The translations under genes were made by a program, and so were the position numbers. Of a DNA stretch of 64,000 nt, positions 1 through 11,820 are shown piece after piece. The notes beneath the pieces were generated by a model. The model saw nothing but the letters and a program-made list of their open reading frames with translations. It did not search any database and was not told the DNA's origin. Within the stretch, counting starts at the first letter, position 1. Every line of letters begins with the position of its first letter. This DNA is from Eledone cirrhosa (taxonomy: Eukaryota): contig OZ024741.1 of the NCBI GenBank assembly GCA_964016885.1, positions 227,354,001 to 227,418,000 on the forward strand, given 5' to 3'.

Positions 1-1603
<1,603 letters not shown>

Positions 1604-2069
1604 CTTTACATTATTTTTCTCTTCGTTAACTTTCAAATTCTTTTAATTTATACATTATCTTCCAACGGTTTTTCAACCTCTCTATGTAAAACAATATATT
1701 TTTCTCAGTTATAAAAGCTATCTCTCTCTCTCTCTCTATCACCCATCTCTCCTCCTATCTCATCCTTCCTCATTATACTCCTCCCCTCCACTTTTTACTC
1801 TCATCTCCTCCTCTTTTTCATCCTTTCCACCCCCCACCCCTCAAACATTTTTTCCCCCAATATGACACATCAATCTAAAACTACTTTTCATATGTTGATT
1901 TAAAACTGCACTATCCACAAGTGTTTTTAACCTTCATATCATGTCTTCCCATTTTATCTGATGAAAACACAAATGTTATTGCATGATGATATTTGTTTTT
2001 GAAATGCGCATAATAAAATACATGGAACTCATTTAACCATCTTTTGATCTTATATATATTATATATATG

Positions 2070-2134
<65 letters not shown>

Positions 2135-2136
<2 letters not shown>

Positions 2137-2184
2137 TTCTGATGATTTCTAAAGAATGAAACAGTTCTAGTCCTGTAGAATCTC
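2135..2184 (+). ncRNA. Decayed type-I hammerhead ribozyme
   Basis: CATT-CTGATGA-TTTC-TAAA-GAAT-GAAA-CAG-TTCTAGTC-CTG-TA-GAATCTC. Core and stem III intact; first pair of stem II mismatched; stem I off by one nt; ATTAAA follows at 2191. Confidence 0.55.
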
Positions 2185-2269
2185 ATCTATATTAAAACTT
2201 TTATACTCTGCAATGTATTGAGTACCTTACTTACTGTGGTTACCTCCGATTCAACCCGGAATAACGTAC

Positions 2270-2350
<81 letters not shown>

Positions 2351-2353
<3 letters not shown>

Positions 2354-2631
2354 CGGAGGAAATGTGGTAAGGAACCAGGTGGAGCATAACGCACCAAAGT
2401 ACTCAATACTTAGGGTAGTGGAGTGGGTAATAGGAACGAGTAGGACCCCGACGGCTGAACTCAAGCCGTTTCAAATTCTTTTAACGGCTAATTCTGTCCA
2501 GAACTAGCCGTCGAAACGGCTTGAGCTCAGCCGTCGGGGTCCTACTCGTTCCTATTACCCACTCTACTACCCTCAGTATTGAGTACTCTGGTGCGTTATG
2601 GTCCACCTGGTTCCTTACCACATTTCCTCCG

Positions 2632-2634
<3 letters not shown>
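2351..2634. mobile_element. Inverted repeat (arms 2351-2472 and 2513-2634) in (TA)n containing the 3' half of a hammerhead; probable Penelope-type inverted pLTR fragment
   Basis: Arms are near-perfect reverse complements. Spacer plus right arm give stem II (ACGGCTA...TAGCCGT), GAAA, stem III CGGCT/AGCCG and GUC at 2533-2535. CUGANGA is missing. Confidence 0.75.
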
Positions 2635-2680
<46 letters not shown>

Positions 2681-2851
2681 CAATATCGGAGAAAGCTTTT
2701 TAGCGATACTCCGGCCAAATTCCAACTCACTCAACAAACATTAGGAAATAAGTGATTATATTCCCAATTATGTGTTCGGGGTGCTAACTAAAACTATTGC
2801 GTGGAAAGTTGGCTGTATTATTTCAAATGAGATATATCTAATATATCTCTT

Positions 2852-2978
2852 CCCAGACGGACGTCTAGTTTCATTATAGGATTCCTAAAATTGTGGTGAA
2901 ATTATACCAATTTATGTAGGAGCTTGTATACCATCAATAGATATATATTCAAGTGGGCTCCTATAATTCATCAGTGGG
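2852..2978 (-). ncRNA. Type-I hammerhead ribozyme with long stem II insert
   Basis: Minus strand: CCCA-CTGATGA-ATTATAGGA...TCCTATAAT-GAAA-C-TAGACGTCC-G-TC-TGGG. 9-bp stem II base, stem I CCCA/UGGG, GUC triplet, palindromic GACGUC in loop 3. Confidence 0.8.
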
Positions 2979-3477
2979 TGCCCCAATAATACTAATATTG
3001 ATAATCTAACCAACATCAGCATTTAGCGATAATCACTTTCTGTGCCAGAGGTATCTGTCAGGTTGCCAGTCCAGCAGTTCTGAATGAAGTGCTCGAACTG
3101 ATTCAAAAAATGAGGAAGTGAATTAGCGCAAAAAAAAACAATACATGCGCGAGACAATGAACTCTGAAAGGAATTCAGGCCACGTGCTAAGAACTCAATT
3201 TGAAATTGAAAAAATATCTATGTGTGTACAACATTTGATGACACAGATATTTTCTCGGGCAAAATAACAGAATGAGATATAAGGAACAATCAATATTCAT
3301 ATATAAAAAATAAACAAAGAAATGCTAACCTATATATATATATATTGCAAGGCCAAAATTATATGATTCCAGTTCCACAGTGAAATAACAACCCAACCAG
3401 GAACTGGGCATATCAGAGTATTGACAAAATTATACACCTCAACAACATATGTACTTGTCTATACCACACTAATTCGG

Positions 3478-3532
3478 ACTGCCTGAAGAGGTCACAGCCA
3501 AAGATGGCTGTCACTGAAATATATATAGCAGT
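3478..3532 (+). ncRNA. Type-I minimal hammerhead ribozyme
   Basis: ACTGC-CTGAAGA-GGTCACAGCCA-AAGA-TGGCTGTCACT-GAAA-TATATA-TA-GCAGT, then AATAAA at 3533-3538. Stem I ACUGC/GCAGU, long stem II, palindromic loop 3, AUA triplet. Confidence 0.85.
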
Positions 3533-3694
3533 AATAAACGAAGCTAAATTTTAAACATTTGACTTTTTATTTTACTTTATTTTACATTACTCCGGAGTAA
3601 CCAAACCAACCTGCGCACTTCGTCGAGTGCTGCAGCCTGCATACTGCATACTAGGGTGTTGGTATACAACCAACATATACTCAAAATCTCTCTT

Positions 3695-4140
<446 letters not shown>

Positions 4141-4520
4141 ATATACTAGCAGTAAAGCCTGGCGTTGCTCGTGGCTGTTCAGTAGCTGTGTTAAATTTAC
4201 AATGTTAAGTTCCTTTCTTGGCTTAAAAACTGTAGAGTCTACAGAGTCTACAGAGTCTACAGAGTCTTCATGTGGTACTTTTGATTAATATTCCCTCAAC
4301 CAACAGTATGCCTTATGAAGTTAAGAAAACATAACCATAACCCGAATGTTAAAACAAAAGGGGGTGCTGGGATAAAAACTGCACTGGTAATCTATTAACA
4401 AAAATCGAACATGTAAACACTGCAATACTTGTCTCAGAGAAAAACATCAGCGTAACCAAACTATCAGTTATTTTGAAGCAAAGAAATTGGATGGACATGA
4501 AAACCCCCCCCAAAAAATGC

Positions 4521-4752
4521 AATTTCATCGCCTATCACCTCTTTGCACGACTGTCTGTCTGCACAACTTTATCGCCTATATCACCTCTTTGCACGACTGT
4601 CTGTCTGCACAACTTTATCGCCTATCACCTCTCTGCACGACTGTCTATCTGCTCAACTTTATCTCCTATATCAACTCTCTGCACGACCGTCTGTCTGCAT
4701 GCCTCCATCGTCTATCAGCCCGACTGTCTGTCTGCACAACTTTATCGCCTAT
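4521..4752. repeat. ~44-46 bp minisatellite, about 5 units, inside H1
   Basis: Unit TTTATCGCCTATCACCTCTTTGCACGACTGTCTGTCTGCACAAC. Confidence 0.85.
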
Positions 4753-5210
4753 AGCAGTAAAGCTCGGCGTTGCTCGGTGCTGCTCAGTAGCTGTGTTAAA
4801 GTTACAATGTTAAGTCGTTTCACATTCATCTGTAGAACAAACGTAGCCCATGTGTCAAAATTTGTGAAAATCGGTTGCGAACTCCAGACGTTATGACGTT
4901 TTGTTGCATTGCACTGCAGTGCTTCAGTCTACTCCAAGGAAGTGGTTAAAGGGGGTTATCTGCCGGGGAGCCCTATAATCAATATCTGGAAAAATGAAAA
5001 TGCCGATGACCATCCGGAGTACATAAGTAACCTATGTCTTAAGTTTGATGAAAATACTGTAGAAATGCATAAGGTTTACACACACACACACACACGCTCG
5101 CGCGCGTGTGTGTATGTATTTGTGTGTGCGTATGTATATGTATGTGTATGTCCGTCGGTGCATACGTATGTACTGGCCTAAATCTTCACTATTTACTTTT
5201 ACTATTTTAA

Positions 5211-5325
5211 GGCAAAGTTAAAATCCCGTCGAGGTTAACTTTGGCTTTCATCCTTACGGGGTCGATAAAATAAAGTACCAGTAATGTACTGAGTAATTGG
5301 TGGCCTTGTGCCAAAAGTAGAAACA
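5211..5325 (+). mobile_element. 5'-truncated SINE with 10-bp TSD ACTATTTTAA (5201-5210 / 5326-5335)
   Basis: Core CTTTCATCCTTACGGGGTCGATAAAATAAAGTACCAG; the empty site is present in the paralogous Helitron near 44930-44945. Confidence 0.85.
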
Positions 5326-6539
5326 ACTATTTTAATAACCTCTGTCATTTTCGTTTACAATTTTATTTCATTCTTAAATTCCGGGGCTGGAAATCATTCG
5401 GTTATTTTAAATAGAATATTAGTCTAACGACTCCATTTATACCATAAACTTGGTCTCGTCTTTGCATGAAATTGTTCTTCTCGATCCACATAACCACGTA
5501 TTATCCTCGCTTTTTTCCCGTTCATTACCAGGGAACGTCTTCTCGAACCAAAATATCGTCTTCCTGTTTTCCTTCGGTTGCAACGTTTCTCGAAATATTT
5601 AATTCTGCGTTCACAGATTGAATTTTTTAGTTTAAGAAGATCCCGTTAATGTTGAAAGCAGCGATTCTTTGCTTAAACTTTCTTTCTTTCTCAACCCTCT
5701 CCCTTTTTCCTCATACCTTCTCTCTTTCTTTCTCTCTCTCTCTCTCACTCATACCCCCCTCTCTCTCTTCCTCTACAGAATGGAGAACAATAAAGAATGC
5801 GCAGATCTCTCTTCTTCTCTCTCTGTGTCTTTATATATATATATATATGTGTTTGTGTGTGTGTGAACCAGCGTTCGTCGCCCTTCTCTTTCTCTCTCTT
5901 TCTCTATCTGATTATCTTGTACCTCTCTCTGTATAACGACCTATCTCTCTCTACATCTACCTTTCTCTCTTTAGATGTATATGTATATGTGTGTGTGTGT
6001 GTGTGTGTGGTATCTATATATAGAGAGTTGCAACATGTATGTAGTTTCATAGATTTTTTAGGGTAGTAGTGAGAGGAATTAAGCGTGCAATAGAGAGGGT
6101 TACAGCATGTATTTAGTTTTATCGATTTTTTTTCATAGAAGCAGGAAATGTATGGCAAAGTTTATTATGCGTTGACCATCCTTGGTAAATTTCGAGCACA
6201 TTGGAAAAAAATCATCAAAATCGGTAGAGAAATGTGGAAATGCATAAAAATCACACACACAGACAGACATCTTCCGTTTTATATTTATAGAGATAATGAA
6301 ATATAAAAGTTACGAGCGAAAGAAAGGGGTATCCTCGTCAGTTGTCTACTAGGAATCATTGGTATTTCTTCGCGTTAGAGACAATATACCTCAGCTTATA
6401 TATGAGAGTGTTGAAGTTTGCTTGAAGCATTGTGGAATAATAAAATTGGTCGTTTTGGAAGCCACAACAATGCAGATGGGTAAATCTCCGGCTAACTGTA
6501 TCAGGTGGTAATGAGAGAGATGTAATATATATATATATA

Positions 6540-6605
<66 letters not shown>

Positions 6606-6611
<6 letters not shown>

Positions 6612-7085
6612 TGCAAACTCTGCTAAGACTATTGCAATCGCTTGTCAGATTACAGAAAATGGTGCACTTTTAGGCTACGGCCAGCCACACGAACCTGTAA
6701 CAGATCCTGAACAAGCAACGCCTGTGCTTTGAGGTTCTTTTAAATGTGGAAAGGCCTTGCACTCGACCAATCCCACTCTCTGAGTATCGAAAACTCTACC
6801 TGAAAAGGAGAAATGGTCAACATCATTGGATGCTTTCGAAGCCGCAGGTTTTTTTGCAGTTACCCTCTCCTAGAAAGGTGTTGTGACAACAACTGGGGGT
6901 CTTTCACTTCCAGGTAAAAAAAAACAGTACTATTTGGATGGCAGTTGACTCTGAGTTGCTGAGTTCTTCCGCCCTTGGCAAGGTCTTGTATTTTTTCATC
7001 CTGCAGGGCGTCCAAATATCACCCTCCTCACCAAGGAAGCTTGGTGGAGTTGCCACTTTAGTCGCCGACGACCAAACCATGGTAA
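6606..7085 (-). mobile_element. Possible 5' UTR fragment of an RTE-type LINE
   Basis: GC-richer island in (TA)n. Minus-strand motifs GTCG-TCGG-CGAC-TAAA and CTAGGAGAGGGTAAC resemble RTE 5' UTRs (from memory, not searched). Confidence 0.3.
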
Positions 7086-7740
7086 CACAAACACACACAT
7101 ATATATATATATATAAATATGTGTGTGGGTGTGTATATATATAAAATCTAATTTTAGGCTTAATCAATACATATAAGATATAAGATATGTATAGATAATT
7201 TTTCTTAGTCAAAGCTCAATAAACTTTTGTTTAGAGCATCCATAATATAAAATAATTTTAAACGATATATATAGAAATATCAATTGAGAAACTAACCAGG
7301 CTTTAATACATGTTTACATATAAAAACAAATACTATGTAAGGTGTTAAATAAAAAAGATTATTCACATAACGATTAAGTGGCTGAACTTCCAAATATGAC
7401 CATCCAATCATAGACAGATCTGGTTCTGGGAACCCAAAAGAATTGAAAATTCACCACCGATTACAATAATTAGTATCGATCACCAACTATCGTGAAAACT
7501 TAATCAAGACCATGATTCCCTTCGTTAGTATGTTTACGTCTCTGCTAGCATACATATATATCTCACGTTGTATTAAAAGCCTAGTCTCTACCTTTTTGGG
7601 AAAGATATTTAAATAGATATTTTCTATGTGATGTAAATTATAACATATTATATATAGAAATATGTTTAGAGATAGGGATAGGACAGGAAAATGGGACAAG
7701 CCTTCAGGAGTGCTAGAAATCCTCCAATCCATAATAATGA

Positions 7741-7953
7741 TTTCTAGTATAGGCACAAGGCCAGTAATTTAGGGAGAGGGGAAAGTCGATTAAATCGACC
7801 CCAGTACGTTACTGGTGCTTTATTTTATCGACCTCGTAAGGATGAAAGGCAAAGTTAACCTCGGCGGTATTTGAACTCAGACCGTAGAGGACCGTAACTC
7901 TATGCTGCAAACCATGGTGTCCGACTCTCTACCGATACTGCCTATCCACCGCC
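7741..7953 (-). mobile_element. SINE, full length
   Basis: Reverse complement of the family consensus, including GAGTTCAAAT B-box-like motif and central core. Confidence 0.85.
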
Positions 7954-7987
7954 CTCCACCAATCCACAATAATAATAATAAAGAAGA

Positions 7988-8218
7988 GGGCAGTGGTTTG
8001 GCTGAATTGGTTGAGCGTCGGACACCATGCCTTGCGATAGACAGTTACGAATCTTTACGTTCTGAGTTCAAATCTCGCCGAGGTTAGCTTTGCCTTTCAT
8101 CCTTACGGGGTCATAAAATAAAGTACCAGTAATACATTGGGGTGGATTTAATCGACTTTCCCCTCTCTCCTTAAAATTGCTGGCCTTGTCCCTAAAGTAG
8201 AAACAATTATTATTATTA
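7988..8218 (+). mobile_element. SINE, full length, (ATT)n tail
   Basis: tRNA-like head (TGGCTGAATTGG A-box-like, GAGTTCAAATC B-box-like), core, tail AAAGTAGAAACAATTATTATT. Head-to-head with the previous copy. Confidence 0.85.
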
Positions 8219-8459
8219 TCGACCACTGAGGTAAAAGTACACTTCTTCACGGCACCCTAAAAGTTTCTGGAATTCTCTTATTTTTTCATTGGTCCTAATC
8301 TTTTGTTCAATTTCTTAAACTTGACAAATGCGTAGAAGGACTACTCTGCAGGTAGGATTGTCTTATCTGGAACGGCACCCATTTAAGGGTGTCGTGCCAT
8401 CGAAATTATAAAGATTTAATTTTCATCGTAGTCGAATTTCTAACATGGAGGATACCATA

Positions 8460-8463
<4 letters not shown>

Positions 8464-8527
<64 letters not shown>
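8464..8527. repeat. (GA)n microsatellite
   Basis: Directly visible. Confidence 0.95.
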
Positions 8528-8529
<2 letters not shown>

Positions 8530-11500
8530 ACTTCACATTGAGACGGGGGCGACGTTTCCCTTGTCGAACTGAAAATACTTCTTGATGACAGCGTCTGCCA
8601 GCCATCAAACGAAGTAGGAAAAATATTAATGCAAAGTAACAATCTTATTTCAAACAATGTGATTTTAAATAACGAAAGTTGCTTGAAAGGAAAAAAAAAA
8701 ACAACATCTATACCATGAAAAACAACACTGAGAACAACTAAAATAACTAAAGAAACAACAGCTATAAACAACCGCTATGAAATTGAAAATGGTGATAACA
8801 GCAAACATAACAACTATAACAATGGAAATAACGATAATAACAACAACAGCAACAACAGCAATGATAACAGCAGCAACAGCAACAACAACGAGCCAGCAGG
8901 CAAACCACCAAAAAATGCAAGCTCTAACGCTATAAGCTATCTTTCGCTAACGCTACGAAACCCCCTTGCCAACCAAGCGCCATTTGCTCTGAAGAAGGAG
9001 TACAACAGGCTAGACGAATGTTGGAAAGATCCGGCATTGTCTAACATCCCTGTTGACACCATCCAAAATACAGTACGTTGCCCGTTGACCGTATTATTGG
9101 TTAAAAAACATGAAAGGTGGAGAGAGCCACAGAAGCTTTAGGCTCCGTATGCAATCTAAAAGCTTATATCCAAAGGACATGGGTTTTGGCACAGTGGAGG
9201 TGAGATTTGCGATAAAAAAACTCCTACAAGTGAAGAAATCCTGTTAGTCCCTTACTACTGCGGCCAGAGACTAGCGATGATCTGTAACCAGCAGGTGTCG
9301 CCCGAAATAGCCATGTCCTGGCTAATTGTTACAGTTACAGTTATTCTAGACAAGGAAAACTTAAGAATCTTCGAAGTCTACCAGACCAAAAAAGAGAACA
9401 GGTCGGACATGGGGTAAAAATCCTCATCCAAACCAGTCAGAAAAATGTTGATGCCATTCCGGAACAAATTCATATTCCAATTGGCATCATCCTACCCATT
9501 AGAATGGAAGGGAAGAAGGCCAAGTGTCACATTTGCCTTCTGCTCAAAATTGAAGGGAAAAAAAAAGAGACTCTTTCTCCTACCAACACAAAGGAACCCA
9601 TCAACAGCAACCACCAAAACTCGGACAGTAACAGCATCATCAACATTAACAAAAACAACAGGAACACCAACAACAAGAACAGTCACTGTAACACAAATGC
9701 CCACTACAGCAACAAAAGATTCCCCCAGTCTCCAATTCATTCAAATGAAGGGCATGCCCCTCCCCGACTCTGAAAGGTCAGACATAACCTACAGTGAGTT
9801 TGACCAGGACAGCAAGTAGAAAATGGTGAGCAAATGTAGGAAAAAGGAGAAAAGAAGAAAAACAAAACTGAAAAAAAATACCGAACATACTTCATCCACA
9901 CATAAAGCCACATGTTAAACAAGTACATCCCCACCCATACCACAAGCGCCCAAAACGCCACCACAATCACAACCATCACAAGCACAACTTAATAAAAATA
10001 ACAAAAGCAAACACAAAGTAAAGAAAATAGCGTTACAAACTACATGATCATAAACACAAAAACACAGACTCCATGAAATCCACATTGAACCATCACATAA
10101 ACAAATGTTATAACATTCACGATCCCCATACCTACACACATACAAATCATTCAAACAACACAGGACACACCTTAAAACTAAATTCCCAATGGAATGGTGA
10201 TTTCCGAGAGAAGACCATCAAACGTGAACTTGGTGATCTTGTCTACAAGCTTGTACTGGTGGAAACATCCCAAAATAGCCAGAAGGACAGAAAAAAAGAC
10301 CTTCCACATAAAACCAAGTAAATGGTATTACTCACCTTTCTTCTTTTCCCGAACACATGACCTTGCTCAGAATAGGCAGTGTGAATGCACGTGACTTGGG
10401 GTCGCTTTGGAAGCAGGGTGACCAGCTCATCGACCCTGGGTCACTGAACATAGATATAGTGGCCATCAGTAATACCAGAATTTCCGAGCCATGAGCCTTC
10501 ACACCCATTTTCGGAGGCTATGGGGTGCACGCATCTTTAGGCCGGACGTGATGATGAGGGAAAGTCACCGTGTTGTTTCGGAAAGGCCTAGGTTTCGTAA
10601 TTCGGACCATCTTCCTGGATTCAGAAGTTAAGTTGGTGTGCTGGACGTGATCGGCAACGAAATACATGTTTTCAGACTGGTTGATGTCTATGCCCCTGCA
10701 GGGGCAGGACGACTTGATTTCTTCAGCCGTCTAGAACATTTTCTAGAAAGGTCCAGCTCTTTAGTGTTAATTGACGACTGGAACGGGATCATATATGCCC
10801 GCTGTGTGGGCTTATTGGACAAGGGAGCCAAAGCCTCACAAACCTGCTCAAACAATTTCAACTGTTTGACAGGTATCGACTGAATGACAACAGAACAGGA
10901 AAATTCCGTTTTGTGAGCTGAGAAGCTATCCTAACAAGAGGGACTATATTGACAACGTTAAGCCCATAACTCAAAATTGTGACCAAGTTGTTAGCGACGA
11001 GCCTGGCACTTGAGGCACAGACATGTGCCATTCCGAAAAGACCCATCACCTCTCGGAATCGCTCCATATTAGGCGTTCCATCCGCCAAGGTTGTCTCCTC
11101 TAATCCCTGTTCTACATACTGACGCTAGCGCCAATACTTCACAAGCAGTAGGTGTTGAGCGCGAACTAGGATGCGAGAGATCTGTGTCAGCATATACAGT
11201 CGATGTCACCGTGGTGTCGAGTACTAAACACATCGCGGAGATCGGCACTGCTCACACGAAATATGAAGCAGTAACATAGCAAAAATTAACCAGGAAAAGT
11301 CGGTGAGCCTGGAGAGGCAGGTCACTGGACAGAGGGACCGATTAAATTGCTTGGTCTCTGGTTTGGTCCAGACCTCCAGATGGAGAAAAACTTGGACGAG
11401 GTAACCAATGGAGTAGCCACTCTCATCCAGAAATGGACAGAGAATAAACTATCCCTGAAAGGTCAGGCAGAGGTGGCTATGCGTACATCGCGTTCGCCAT

Positions 11501-11820
11501 CTACTACAGCCTGACGGTTATGTCTTGCTCGGTCTACGTCTGCTGTGTAAACATGCGCTGAGGCTACGGCATCTCCAGCGTTTCCTTGACGGTGAACAGG
11601 TGTGGTCGATTTCCGCCGGGCACATGTTTCACCCAGCTCGTCTCCTTGATAGAGCTGCAGTCAATCAAAAACCGAGAGGGAAACTAGGATGTCTCCAAGC
11701 GCCTACAACCCCCAGCCAATCGGGCACTGTGATCGGTGAGAACTCCTCATTGGCGTGCTATAGATGGTTGTTGGTTGAAAAAGGCGACGACGGTCTTGGG
11801 GATATCCTGGGTGTTTCGAC
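8528..11820 (+). mobile_element. Tx1-type LINE T0, old and heavily deleted
   Basis: Decayed ORF1 (N/T-rich start, PYYCGQRL, GRRP) and ORF2 from ATG 10357 (MTLLRIGSVNAR; FRLVDVYAPAGAGR; SVSAYTVDV; RHLQRFLDGEQVWS). 5' boundary uncertain. Confidence 0.75.

Larger units (their letters stand above)
4146..6293 (-). mobile_element. Non-autonomous Helitron H1
   Basis: Minus strand A|TC...(TGTC/TG)n subterminal repeat...GAGCAACGCCAGG hairpin...CTAG|T. Internal 4800-5660 is the reverse complement of 44600-45290 in H2. Confidence 0.7.

Noticed and set aside
1957-1975. CTGATGA hammerhead-like motif (also 46805-46822 on -, and CTGACGA at ~43540 and ~45671)
   Set aside because: No stem II/GAAA/stem I arrangement.
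4521-4752. Regular repeats resembling a CRISPR array
   Set aside because: Contiguous tandem units with no unique spacers, no cas genes, eukaryotic context.
7988-8075. tRNA-like A/B boxes
   Set aside because: SINE head; no complete cloverleaf is evident and it continues into the SINE core.
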